In this document: positions 1 to 15,000 of the stretch, piece by piece
Numbering within the stretch: position 1 is the stretch's first letter
Layout: every line of letters starts with the position of its first letter
Assembly: GCF_009914755.1 (NCBI RefSeq)
Contig: NC_060934.1
Source of the DNA: the human T2T-CHM13v2.0 reference genome, Homo sapiens
DNA: 64,000 bases
Direction: 5' to 3' (one strand)
Position numbers and translations under genes: made by a program
Notes under the pieces: model-generated
Database searches by the model: none
Seen by the model: only the letters and a program-made list of their open reading frames with translations
Told to the model about the DNA's origin: nothing

Positions 1-72
1 GAGCTGAGATAGTGCCACTGCACTCACTCTGGCAACAGAGCAAGACTGTCTCAAAAAGAAAAGAAAAAAAAA
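1..72 (+). mobile_element. Alu 3' end (cut by window edge)
   Basis: gagctgagatagtgccactgcactc...agagcaagactgtctc followed by an A-rich tail. Confidence 0.9.
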
Positions 73-195
73 TTTCCATTTTCATCAAAAATTGTATTAA
101 AGATTTTCTATGTGGTGGGTTCTATAATATATTCTTATAGGGAATAAGACCTATATTATCCTTCCCCTCCGAGAGCAATGAAAAAAACACAAATA

Positions 196-286
196 CTGAG
201 GTGGGCAGATCACTTGAGCTCAGGAGTTCGAGACCAGCCTGGGCAACATAGTGAGGCCTGTCTCTATTAAAAAACAAAAAGAAAAG
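196..286 (+). mobile_element. 5'-truncated FLAM/AluJ monomer
   Basis: Left-arm Alu sequence plus A-rich tail; TSD aaacacaaata at 185-195 and 287-297. Confidence 0.85.
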
Positions 287-891
287 AAACACAAATATCA
301 CACATAATTATAGACAAACACATAGCCAAGTTGAGGAAGAACAGAAACAAAACCAAAACAGTTTTTCTGGGCTGATCACTGATCAGATAGAGATCATTTA
401 CTTGCCTGGCCTTTGCTCTAAAGATCTGGTTTCATGTTGGTTTTCTCCATGTTACTCATGAACCCCAGGAATTCTGGAAAATTCTTACCTTTCTAAGATC
501 AAGAGTAGGTGTAGCAGTAGGAGCACTTTGAGTGTCAGGGTGACAGAGCCCAGAGGCAAGGCCCATCTGCAGGAAGCGAAGTGACAAGTTGCTGGGTGGC
601 CCCTTGTGTGATCCTAGCATTGTCAAGGAAGAAATCTTAACTGATATTTGGGTGATAGGGAATCATGGGGAAGTGTGGGTGTGGATGGGGACAGCCAGAG
701 ACAGATGTGACTATTTTTTTCTTTTTCTTTCTTTTTTTTTGGAGGCAAGGACTCACTCTGTTGCCCAGGTGGGAGTGCAGTGGCTTGATCAAAGCTCACT
801 GCAGCCTTGACCTCCTGGGCCCAAGTGATCCTCCTACCTCAGGCTCCTAGGTAGCTGGGACCACAGGCGTGTGCCACCATGCCTGGCTAAA

Positions 892-1037
892 ATACATATA
901 TATATGTGTGTGCGTATATATATAAAATATATATGTGTAAATATATAAAATACATATGTACATATATTTTATATACTTATATATAAATATATACAATATA
1001 TATGTACTATATATATTTTATATATATATATATATAT
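892..1037. repeat. (TA)n-rich microsatellite in the tail position of the inner Alu
   Basis: Imperfect TA/TG repeats directly adjoining the inner Alu poly(T). Confidence 0.9.
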
Positions 1038-1331
1038 TTCTTTTTGAGTCAAGGTCTTGCTCTGTCACCCAGGCTGGAGTGTAGTGGTGTGATGATGGCT
1101 CACTGCAGCTTCAACCTCCTGGGTTCAAGAGGTACTCCTGCCTTGCCTCCTGAGTTGCTGGGACCACAGGCACACACTACCACACTTGGCTAATTTGTTT
1201 TTCCTATTTTTTGTAGTGACAGGGTCTCCCTGTGTTGTCCAGGCTGGTCTCGAACTCCTGGACTGAAGCAATCTTCCCACCTCGGCCTCCCAAAGTGCTG
1301 GGATTACAGCCGTGAGCCACCACATCCAGCC
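1038..1331 (-). mobile_element. AluJ (inner, inserted in the linker of the outer Alu)
   Basis: Complete dimeric Alu ending ...gagccaccacatccagcc. Confidence 0.9.
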
Positions 1332-1364
1332 AGCTAATTGTTTTTTATTTTTGTAGAGAGGTGA

Positions 1365-1487
<123 letters not shown>

Positions 1488-1924
1488 TGAAATGTGCTCC
1501 AGAGCCCTGCCTAAGTCCCGCTCCTCTGAGAAGCCTTCTGTCCCACCAGGTCTGGAGGGCAAGTGCCAAGAAATGCTCTGAGCTGTTTCTTCCTGAAAGT
1601 GGGGCAGCTTGGGCTGTCAGCATGGTTTCTAGCACCGTTGGGGCCATGGAAAGAAATCTGTCTTCCTACAGAGTCACTGGCTTTTTATCCTTCCCCTTCT
1701 GTCCGTGGACATGTACCCTCTTGGGAGAGTATTGATCAGAGGGGACAGCACTGATCATGCCTTTGCCGGAGGTCTGTGCACACATCCGCATGGGCACCTG
1801 TTAGCATGTGCTTGCTAGAGCTACAGATGGCTTCCTGCTGCCCCACAGGTGGGGTTCTTTACCTTACTTTGCCCCTTGGTGGGTGGTGACCAGTGGGCTC
1901 CTTCCTGGAATATTTATGCATGCG

Positions 1925-2683
<759 letters not shown>

Positions 2684-2708
2684 GGTGACAGGTACTTTAA
2701 GAAATGCT

Positions 2709-3070
2709 TGTGTGTGTGTGTGTGTGTGTGTGTGTATTACATTCTGTAGATATATGCACCTATGCATCTACCAGGATTCTCCTACCCACAGAGAAAGCTA
2801 CAGGGGACACCTCTTACCACTCCAGGTGGACCTGCTATGCACACACACACACACAGCCACAGGCATGTCAGAGACACACTGCATGTGTACATGCACATGC
2901 TCGTATGCAGCACATGGGGTCATGTGCACACACACCCCCGGAGAAGTGTACACACAACTTACACTTATACCTGCCCACAGAGCTGCAGGGACACATGCTC
3001 ACACACACAAGCATGTGGACACATACTCCTGGCTCTGTACCCAGCGCTTCCTGTACACATGTGCACACAA
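2709..3070. repeat. (TG)n microsatellite followed by a degenerate CA-rich low-complexity tract
   Basis: (TG)n at 2709-2735, then many acacac/catgc units; explains the overlapping His/Thr/Cys-rich ORFs. Confidence 0.85.
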
Positions 3071-3917
3071 TTCTAAGTCCTAGGCAGGATGGACAGAGGA
3101 GGTCAGATTCATGCCATCTGGATACTGTCCCCAGGCACTAAGGAGGCCTAATCCAAGAGGATCAGAATCCTACCCAATCCACTCTCCCCAAGTGCAAACC
3201 AAGGAGCCAGTGAAACTCTAATCTGTACCCTAATGGGATTTGATCAACGTCGCTGTGCCACCATGAGTGGGGCTGCCACAGAGCCCTCGATTTGAGCTTG
3301 TCTGACCCCGTGGTGAGGGAGTAGGGCAGTGGGCCCAGTACAGTGCGGGCGCCCCCTCAAAGGAAAGCATTCTTCATTGGTAATGAACATTATGTCTGCA
3401 GAAACTAATGGCCCAACCTCCTATTCAGTTTATGTAAAATAAAACAGGCCATATGCTGCTGCTTTCAGAGTTTGGGTGTTTAAATTAAATGTTGTTCAAT
3501 GAATATTCAAGCCCATTTGCTCCAAAGTTGTGCTCAATGTGGTGGTGGCTCTCATCCCCCTCCTTCCTCGCAGCCCCTCCCTGCTCCAGTACCCAGGGTA
3601 TTAAGCCATTAGAACGGGGTGTGAACATCCAGGCATCTGTCTTCCAACGGAAAGTTGGATATTAAAATGCCGGAGCAGATGACAGTATAAATAAAGACAT
3701 ACAGTGAGAGGCTCGTCTGGTTATTTTTTTGTTTGGTAATTAAGACTGAGGAGGTTTTGACTTAAGTTCTGTCTTATTGAGAAACAGAGATAGGGGGCTG
3801 AGATCATTCCACCTCTTCCCTCTTTACTTTGCCCATCTGCCCAGAGAGCGGCTTCTGTGTTGGCCTCCATGTAACTGGCTTATTGACGAGTGTCATGTTG
3901 GTGGCATAGAGATGTGA

Positions 3918-4228
<311 letters not shown>

Positions 4229-5118
4229 GATTTTATTTTTCTCCAGCTAACTTCTCTCTGCTGAACTCTGTCAGATTATCCTTAACATGAGCTGGAGCAG
4301 AGTCCAGAGTTTTATGGTCAGTTATAACTGAGCCTGGTTCAAAACTGGCTCATCTCTGTTGGAACTCCCACCTTCCCCATCGGAGGCCTGACCGGTGCTT
4401 GGGTGAGGGAAGTGGGGAGGGGTAGTGTCTCTTCTCTCATGCCTCTGCCCACTCCAGAGCCTTGGGTCTTCCTGTCTGGGGTTGGAGGCAGGGCTTCCTG
4501 TGGGTGGTGGAAGGTGACTCTACTCTGACCCTCCTCTATCAGGGTTTGCTTCCCTGGCTGATGTGGTGGTTTCCATGTAGATGGTGGGGCAGGTGTCCTT
4601 GGGACAGAGTTCAGCTCATGCCAGCACCATCCATCACTGAATATCCCCTCTGAGAGAAGCTGGGGCTCTCTTCAGCCCCATGAGTGGTGCACTCCTCCAG
4701 CCCTCTTTCTGAGTGCGGCATTGTGTCTCCTGGACTGTCCTGGGATTCCGGCGCATCCTCTGACCTCCACATCTCCATGTGGCTCCACAGGAGGGCTGTG
4801 AAATGGGGGTGCAGAGGCCCACACTCTTTTTTTCCTGAGCAGTCTACCCTGTGCCATCCATACTCTGCTGCTGGTGTGGGGTCTTCCACAAGCCCTCCAC
4901 CTTCTGAGATCTCTAGGGGCACGTGGGCAACGTGCTCCATGCTCACATCTATTCCCAAGCTCCCGGTGTCCTGAGTTAGGCTCACGGGAGCACTCCCTCC
5001 CTAGATTTTGTTCCTCTCCCACGGCAGCCACAGAGTGGGGCTGCAGATCCTGCAGGTCGGCAGGCACCCGGCTCGGGAGGGAAACACCAGCTTCCATCTT
5101 TCGGGCACCCCCATTTCT

Positions 5119-5417
5119 TTTTTTTGTGGTAAGGAAGATTGGGGACTCTTTTTATATTTAATTTTTGAATAAATAATATATTTACATGATTCAAAAACCA
5201 AAAGAATATGAAAAGGCAAATATTATCTTTTTTTATTATACTTTAAGTTCTGGGATACATATGCAGTACGTGCAAGTTTGTTACATAGGTATACATGTGC
5301 CATGGTGGTTTGCTGCACCCATCAACCTGTCATCTACATTAGGTATTTCTGCTAATGATATCCCTCCCCTATCCCCTACCTTCCGACAGGCCCCGGTGTG
5401 TGATGTTCCCCTCCCTG
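5119..5417 (-). mobile_element. 5'-truncated L1PA (L1PA7/8-like 3'UTR, 5228-5417) with ~100-bp 3' transduction (5126-5227)
   Basis: L1 3' end ttattatactttaagttctggg; extra segment and second poly(T) at 5119-5125; perfect TSD gggcacccccatttct at 5103-5118 and 5418-5433. Confidence 0.85.
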
Positions 5418-5706
5418 GGGCACCCCCATTTCTATGAGGGATTCTCTTGGAGCTCCTCTCATCACAATGACGGCTCTCTATGTGACCACTTCCCCCACCA
5501 CCCTCTTCTTTCTCTTCCCTCCCCAGTCTTTCCTATAGATGGTGTGTGTTGGTGGTTTGGGGTGGAGCCTGGTGTTAGAGGGGCTGGTTGTGTTTCTTTT
5601 TGATGAAGACCTTGGGGACATGTCTGCTGCTGGTGGGTCTCTTTAGATGTGTGATAGTGAGCACGTCTTTGCCCTTAGTTTTGTTTCCAGTGTCTTGGGG
5701 CAACAG

Positions 5707-5707
<1 letters not shown>

Positions 5708-5734
<27 letters not shown>
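5708..5734 (+). repeat. Pure A27 tract with no associated retroelement body
   Basis: Seen directly. Confidence 0.95.
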
Positions 5735-5739
<5 letters not shown>

Positions 5740-6064
5740 TTTGAGATCCTGTTGCACACATTTAGACTGAGAGTTTGTTTAGGACTAGAAAAATTTTAGA
5801 AACATCATGAGGGTCTTCCTGCTTTTCCCCTTCACTCCTATCCCTAAGTCACCTCCCAACCCAAATTGCTCCCATGCCTCTAATTATCCCCTCTGTGCAG
5901 GAGACCCCCAAGCCTCCTCCACCAGCCCTGAGCTTTCTCTGCAGGAGTCCTCTTAGCTATCCCACCACTTTCAGTCTGCTCAGACCCACCCTCATCATCT
6001 TTCCTTCCCTTCCGTCTCCCACAATCCAGGCCAGTGTTTTCTCTACAGTAAGAATTTGCCCCAC

Positions 6065-6440
6065 AAGCATTCAATTGAGCAGCTACTGTACACCAAGTCC
6101 TGTGATAGGTGCTGGGGATACAGGGACAACCAAAAATGGTTGTTGCCCTCAAAGAACTCTTGGCATAGTGGTAGCCATTGACCCAAGAAGAGGTCCTCAG
6201 TATGAAATGGGAAGAGCTAAGGTAAGCACAAGGCATGAATATGCCACCTTTCCTGGGCACACAGGAATGGCTTCCGGGAGGGATGATCTCTGGGCTCAGT
6301 CTTGAATTGCAATAAGTAGCAAAGTAAGAAATAGGAAGGCATTGCAGGGAAAGGAAACAGCAAGAACAAAGGCGTGGAGGCATGGACTAGCATGTGCTGA
6401 GAACTTGGAGCAGTTCCATGTTCCTGGGGTCTAAAGTGCA
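6065..6440 (-). mobile_element. L2 remnant
   Basis: cattcaattgagcagctactgtacaccaagtcctgtgataggtgctggggataca...tgccctcaaagaact is typical of an L2 3' end. Confidence 0.6.
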
Positions 6441-7304
6441 GGGTGGGGAGTGGGAAAAGATAAGCTGGTTTCCTGACTCTGTTCCTAGCACCTCCCTCCT
6501 TTCAATCATCCATGGGCAAGTTGTGGTCGACTCCTCTGCAGTAAACCTTCACCCCTGCTGTTCACCCCACCACAGAGTTAAAGATGGGGTGGGGTGGCTG
6601 ACCACATGGTATCTTCTCACTTGGATGCCATGTTGCCAGTAGGTGAGGATGGTGAAGTCTCCCCTGTGGGAGGTGGCCTGGAGGGACCATTTGGGGTAAG
6701 ACAGCTACCCCAAGGCCAGCCCCTCTGCCCTCACCCTGATCCTTCCTCTAGGCTCCGCTTTTGGTCTGAATTCTTAATCTCCTCGATCTTTGACTTCCCT
6801 TTGCTTTCTTAATCCTTGAGTTTGCTGCAGAATTTGGCCCACAGATTTCATCTGGTCCCTTGAATAGGCAGTTCAGTTGGATCCATCTCCGTTGGCATTG
6901 ACATTTTACACATGGCAGGATGGTTTTCAGGAAAAGGACCTGTGTTGTGTGGACCCTGAGGTATCTTTATGAGTTCCTGCCTGGCCAGCTCCCCAAAACT
7001 CCTGGCCACTACTCAACTGTCCTAGAGAATTGGGATCCCCTAGGTGAGGTCAGTTGGTAGCCTTCTTCCTTGGTGTGTGTGGGTTGAGAGAGATTGGCAG
7101 GGAGCCAGTGTCCCAGCTGAGAATCTGTTCCTGGGCTCAGAAGAAGCGGAGTGTCTCTGCCTAGTGACCCCGGGACATTCACAGATACGTGATCCGTGGT
7201 GGGTGTGCTCCATCCCAGTTTGATGGGATCCCTGGTCCAAAGCACGTACCTAGGCTCCTGGCTCTTCCAGGCAACTGGCGAGAACTCACAGAATGCATTT
7301 TCTT

Positions 7305-7594
7305 TTTTTTTGAGACAGGGTCTTGCTCTGTCTCCCAGGCTGGAGTGTGGTAGTGTGATCATGGCTTGCTGCAGCCTTGACCTCCCCAGCTCAAGTGATC
7401 CTCCCACCTCAGACTCCTGAGTAGCTGGGACTACAGGCATGTACCACTATACCGGGCTAATTTTTTTATTTTTTGGCAGAAACAGGGTTTTGCCATGTTG
7501 CCCAGGCTGGTCTTGAACTCCTGAGCTCAAGCAATCCACCCGCCTCTGCCTCCCAAAGTGCTGGGACTACAGGTGTGAGCCACAGTTCCCGGCC
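7305..7594 (-). mobile_element. AluJ
   Basis: Dimeric Alu with J-type positions; TSD aatgcattttctt at 7292-7304 and 7597-7609. Confidence 0.9.
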
Positions 7595-7597
7595 TAA

Positions 7598-8652
<1,055 letters not shown>

Positions 8653-9699
8653 CCTAAATGCATTTTCTTGATAACTAGAGCCAAGCAATTCTGGAGGGGA
8701 ACATGCTATAAGGAAACCGTTCATTGATTTCTTCATTCTTTCACTCTGGCAGAGGCTGCACTGGGAATTGGAGGATAGCAGAATGAAGAAGATACAGCTC
8801 CTTTTCTCAAGGGGTTTGTGGTTTAGTGGGAGCTGTGAGCAGGCTCTGTGATGTGTGTGTTTAATGGCAGTGGGCAGCACAGCCAGCCACCTGCAGAGGG
8901 GGAGGGGTGCTTCTTAATTCCTGGATGCTTTTAATCTGCGTGTGGTGGCAGGCCCACCTACAGGAACAAACTGCAGTGCATCAGACTATGGGGTATAGTT
9001 CTGGGACATATTGTGTGATACAGAGAGGGTGAGGTGCCCCCCAGGAGAGGAAGGCTCTGAACTGTGTCCATCAAGAGTGGCTCTGGGGTTGGCAGAAGTG
9101 ATCTGTTGTTTCACTGGGCAGAGGCAGCCCTCCTGGCTTTCTGAGATCTAAGAGTCAGGTCGTGCTAATAATCCTGGACCTATTCCAGGGGCCCCTCCCA
9201 CCACCCAGTGACAAAAGGAAGCAGCTCCAAGGCTTGGGACTTCCTTATGGCCCTGAAGCTAGGAAAGGGAGTGCCCAGGACAGGAACAACTGGTACACCC
9301 GAGCGGGGCTCCCTCCTGGTGTCTCTGCAAAGGGGAGTCATATCATCCCAGTGAGAGGCGGGAAGGGCAGGCGGGAGTCAGATGCTTTTTCTGTGAGTTG
9401 GGATTGCAGTTCTGCCTCCCCCAGAGTGTTTGTTATGAGCAAACACATAATTTGTGAAAGTGTTGGGAAAAGATCAGCTCCTGTGAAAAAATAAAACACT
9501 ATTCACACTTCTACCTGATTTTTTCTCATTCTGGTGGAATTCCCCCCACCACAAATGAGTTTCTTAAAACCAAACAACAAACCAACCAGCTCACCCCCAC
9601 CCACCCCATCACAACACATTTATTTAGTGCCTACTTGTTGTTGGTTACTTACAATGAAAGAAAGGCAGGCAGATGGATAACCTAGTTCAATATTTTACG

Positions 9700-9865
9700 T
9701 GAGATGCATTATTTTACTAAGTCCTTTCCAAACCATACCCATCAGATCCTATCTCCATGGGAGTGGAGAAATTTGAGCAACAGAGAGGTTAGGAAATTTT
9801 CCTGAGGTCACAGGGTTAGGCAGTAGCAGAGCCGGAATTTAAACCCCAGTCTTCTGTCTCCAAAT
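9700..9865 (-). mobile_element. MIR
   Basis: cagagaggttaggaaattttcctgaggtcacag...gcagagccggaatttaaacccc MIR core. Confidence 0.7.
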
Positions 9866-10642
9866 GACCTGCTTGGCTAATGCTAGATTGGCCTTGAAAG
9901 GTTATATTTTTATTTGGTTGAGGAGACTCTTTCAGTTCCAGGCGACCAAAACAAACAATTCTTTATGCCATGGCTGGGCTGAAAATTCCTCAGTGAAGGG
10001 CAGTGGCTCTGGGAATATTTTACACATCTCTTCTCATCTTCAAAGGCAGCTGAGCCGTGGTGTCCTGGGTTCTGTGGTGGCCTCATCTGCAGACTCCCAC
10101 AAGAATTTGGGGAAATCTTTGCAGGCATGTGGGGGTTGGCCCCTTGGGAAGAACATTCAGACAGTGTGGAGTCATAGCTGGTACCCAGGGCCCAGAAGAT
10201 GCCCCACTGCTCCTTCGGGATGCCCCACGGGAAGTGCCGTTCCATTGTTGTGGGCGGAATTTTGTGGAACACAACCCCTTGGAGCCAGCTCAGGCACGAG
10301 GGTTGCATGTGGGGGGGCCCGGGCAGGGCATGGTTATTGGAGTGGGACAGGGATGGATCTCTAGATGGAAAGTGAGGCCAGCGGCTGGTGGGAACTGGAT
10401 CTTGGAAGCCCCAGAGAGGGAGCAGCTGCTCTCTCTTGGGCTGCGTGGCTTAGCTCTTTGCCTATTTCTGAGCCTCTGCCCCATTTTCCAATTTGAGCCA
10501 GGCTTCCCCTGCTTGCTTTGACTTCTCTGCTCTGTGTGCCCCCTCCAGCTTCAGTTTGCAGGTAGCTTGGTTTTCTAGAGGGCCTCTTGTGGCTGTGACC
10601 ACACACAACCCTAAATGCCATCACCATCTTACCTACATTATG

Positions 10643-12585
10643 TTTTTTCTTTCTACATTTTGTAATTTTAAACTAGATGAAGAATTCCATAAAACATGCA
10701 AAAAAAGCAAGGATGTGCCCAGTGCTGAAAGCCTGGGCCTGGAGTGAGAGTGTGGAGGCAGGAGGTAGCAGTGGCTCCCGGGTTAGCGCTGAGGAGCTGC
10801 ATTTAGGTTAATGGGGACTGGGCCAGGGCAGGGGTGGGCCTAATGGTGACATTGGCAGTTGTCTGGAGCAGCCCTGGGAACCTAGCTCTGGGGAAGGCAG
10901 GGCAGGGGTGGTGTCCCCAGGGGAAGGGTGGTATCAACCCACAGACACACTCAAGGCTCAGAATCATTGGAAGGGGGTGGGTGGATGCTGGTCAGTGGGT
11001 GCCCAGGCTGGACAAGTGAGTGCCCCTCCAGACACAGGCATTGGGAGACTCAGCATGTGTTCCCCTCCCCATCACAGAGCAAGGCAATGTTTAAAAACTA
11101 GAATAGATGCCTAGGAAGCGGGTACTGTGGCCATTCCAGGCACCTAGAACAAGGGCAGGCTTCAAACAGGGAGCCCTGTGGTAACCCCTCCCATCTCTGG
11201 AGCTGAGGGAGGGGACAGGGGAAGCCAAGAACAGAGACAGGAAAAGGGGAAAAGTGGCCAGGGGGACAGACAGAAGGAGGATGGTCTTCTTGACCCCATC
11301 ACCCTCAGGGCTGGGGGCACAGAGTTGGCCCATCCTGCCAGCCTCACCACCCCTCAGAAGAGGCCACAGTTCTTCTGGCTATGATTTTTTATTTTGAGAC
11401 AGGGTCTTGCTCTGTCATCCAGGCTGGAGTGCAGTGGTGTGATCATAGCTCGCTGCAGCCTCTAACTCCTGGGCTCAAGCGATCCTCCTGCCTCAGGATC
11501 CTAGTCCCGAGTAGCTGGGACTACAGGTGCATGCCACTGTGCCTGGCTTTTTTTTCTTTTTTGGTAGAGATGGGGTTGCACTCTGTTGTCCAGGCTAATT
11601 TTGAACTCCTGGCTTCAAGATATCCTCCTGCCTCGGCCTCTCACAGTGTTGGAATAATAGGCATAAGCCACCACACCCAGCCCTTCTGGCTGTTCTTGAT
11701 GGTGATGTCAGTCGTGCTCTGCACATTCTGTTTTTCATGTCGGTGACAGCATAGGTGACTTGTGCATGGATCTCCCTGGTGTTCTTGCGCTATTCAGGCC
11801 CTCTCACTTACTCTGATGTAGCTGGCAGCCTCGTCAGACTTGCTGACCCCTGTGTACTTGTGGAAGCAGATGGTGGGGGCTGCGTGTGATCTTCTCCTCA
11901 CCTAGGTCCTTCTTCTTGATGAAGAGGATGACAGACGTTTCCATGACCACTTGACATAGATGCTGCCAAACAGCTTCATGTTCTGGTGTGTGTGATTCAG
12001 CTTGTCCTCAGCTCAGGCCACAGATGCTCAAGCCTGCACAGAAGATGGTGGCTGTGATGCCCTCAAAGCAGTGGGTCCACTGCTGCCCAGACTGCTGACT
12101 GCCACATCAGCCATCTTGAAGAGAGTAGGTCCCTGGAGGTGAAGGGCGTCTTTAAGCAGCTCTGCAGCTCCACCTTCTGTGTGGGGGCATGGTCACTCTG
12201 TGTCCTGTGGCTCCAGGTCGTTCAGGTGGAAGGCGGCTAAACTGTGGAGCTGGTGTCCTGTGGGTAACCAAAGCAGGATGAAACAGGCATCCCATGGAGC
12301 AAATCCAATGGGCAGCCCAGAGATTCCGGATGACGCTGGACAGCTTCAGTTTGCAGGTGGCATCTGGACAGGTCCTCAGGGAGTGCACCCTGGCCCACAA
12401 CTGTGTAAGACATTGCAAACTGTTGCCTGGCATCATCCGTATGGAAGGGGTTGGCAAAGTCAGTCTGTAGGTTGCCTGTGGCCTTGACGATGGCCATGAT
12501 GGCCTGGAGGGTGTGGCTGTAGATGACTGCCCTGCACAGCCAACCTTCCTCCTCTGAGTAACCATCCTCTTGGATGATCTGCTTT
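10643..12585 (-). pseudogene. GNAI2: Processed (intronless) pseudogene of G protein alpha-i2; 5'-truncated, includes 3'UTR to the poly(A) site; interrupted by AluJ
   Basis: Minus-strand ORF 12237-12497 [38 protein letters not shown] matches Galpha-i2; ...AAG AAC TGT GGC CTC TTC TGA (KNCGLF*, stop 11354-11356) matches the Gi2 C-terminus; continuous across parent exon junctions; 3'UTR-like sequence ends ...aaaatgtagaaagaaaaaa at 10643; many frameshifts. The symbol names the parent gene, not this locus. Confidence 0.9.
11381..11682 (-). mobile_element. AluJ inserted in the GNAI2 retrocopy CDS
   Basis: TSD cttctggct at 11372-11380 and 11683-11691; removing it restores ATC AAG AAC AGC CAG AAG AAC TGT GGC CTC TTC TGA. 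Confidence 0.9.
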
Positions 12586-12974
12586 GAGGTCCTTAGGGCA
12601 GGTATCTATCTCTAGTCTAATCAAGGGAGAGCGTGTGGTACAACCATGGCTTCCTACTTCCTAGAGCTGCACCTAAGACAAAGATGCTTTAACACATCTG
12701 CCTGGACCAGGGGCTAGCTGAGGACATTTGCTTCACTCCAGACCATCAGCGGGAGGGCAGAACCTGGAGCATGGCTTCCCGGGCTCAGTGTCTCGTGCTC
12801 TGATCTTTTCAGAGTGGGCAGCTGCCTCTGAAGGCTCTGAGCCGGGAGACTGTGCTTTTGGGGAGGACCACGAAACAGCCATTGGCTGGTGGGTTTCCAT
12901 TTGAAGTCAAGTCATTGGGAGCCCATGAAGAAGACAGAGTGCTGTGGGAGACCCACGTCCACAAACTCAGGAGT

Positions 12975-13760
<786 letters not shown>

Positions 13761-14150
13761 TCTTATCACGCAATACAAAAATTCTGGGCAAAGATGAATC
13801 TCTGCTGGCCAAGGGGCAGCCTGGGGAAGAATGTTGTCATGGCCTTGGCCTAAGCTGGTTACTGTGTGTGTTGAAGTGGGGATGGGGAGCGGGGTTCTTG
13901 CGTGTGCCCCTCCCACCTTCCTCCTTAATTTCTGCCTCCTGTCCTCGATTCTGCTCCTCCTGCCCGGTGCTCCCCATCTTGGGGTCACAGGGATGCTTGG
14001 CCTCCACACTGTGGCACTGTTTGTGTCTGGGAGCTCTGCAGGCCCAGCTGGCTGAGCAGGGCCATGTTTGTCAGAGCTGCCCCTGCCAGCCATGTCCCCT
14101 GTGCCCCTGTGGACTCTCCTGATGTTGGAATCATGTCTTTACTGAATAAC

Positions 14151-14154
<4 letters not shown>

Positions 14155-14202
<48 letters not shown>

Positions 14203-14218
14203 TGTGAGAGAGAGAGAG
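14155..14218. repeat. (TG)n(AG)n compound microsatellite
   Basis: Seen directly. Confidence 0.95.
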
Positions 14219-14814
14219 TTAGACAAAAGGAGGCCTTGGCATTAGGCCTTTTAATGAGCAAAGTGACAAGGTGACTGTCCTTAATTGGCTATCACAACAG
14301 CCAACCAGGTCCTGCTCCCTCCATACAGGCCTCCTGCCTCCTTGAAGTGGCAGCCACCACTCGATGCTCGGAAGGCTGGGGAGCAAGCAGCAGCTTTTCT
14401 CTCACTCTCTGGATCCGAGACAGCTTCTCCCCAGCAGGCACCAACTGGCTTGGCTGGCTTTCTGGAACCTGGGTGACAGCCTTCTCCCCTCTGCCTGGTT
14501 GCCTTCATTGCCTAGAGAGGGAGCTTTTGGCTGTTCGTTTGAAGCTCCCAGGTCATTATGATAAACTTCTTGTGTTAGAGCTACTGCAGAAGCCACCACT
14601 GAGAGTATGTGGTGAAGAGGCCAGTCCTATTTTGGAGAAGTTGGGAGAATGAGAGAAGACCTTGGGTTCCTGTTGCTTCAGGATTTCCATTTTAGCTGAT
14701 GAGAGAAAACACTTACCAATGTCAGAGCCCTAACCTGGCAAGAGGTGGCTTTGATGTCATGGAAAGAGCACTAATGTGGCAGTCAAGGGACTTGGAGCCA
14801 AGTTCTACTAAGAT

Positions 14815-15000
14815 AGTAAGTAGCTGCTAATAGTATATAGTGCTTACTATGGGTGAGCACTCTTCTAAACACCTTACATATTTTAATTCACAACAACCCT
14901 GTGAAATAGGAACATTACTTCCTCTATTTTATAGTTGATGGAATTGAAGCACAGAGAGGGTGGTGACTGGCTCAAGGTCACAGAGCCATTAGAGGCAGAG
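14815..15000 (-). mobile_element. MIR
   Basis: cacaacaaccctgtgaaatagg...gaattgaagcacagagagggtggtgactggctcaaggtcacag. Confidence 0.7.

Noticed and set aside
3345-3365. CTCF-like motif (revcomp ctttgagggggcgc)
   Set aside because: Only the 3' half fits the consensus; not supportable without ChIP data.
9864-10521. Overlapping 166- and 154-aa ORFs
   Set aside because: No recognisable domain or convincing exon structure; expected by chance in GC-rich DNA.
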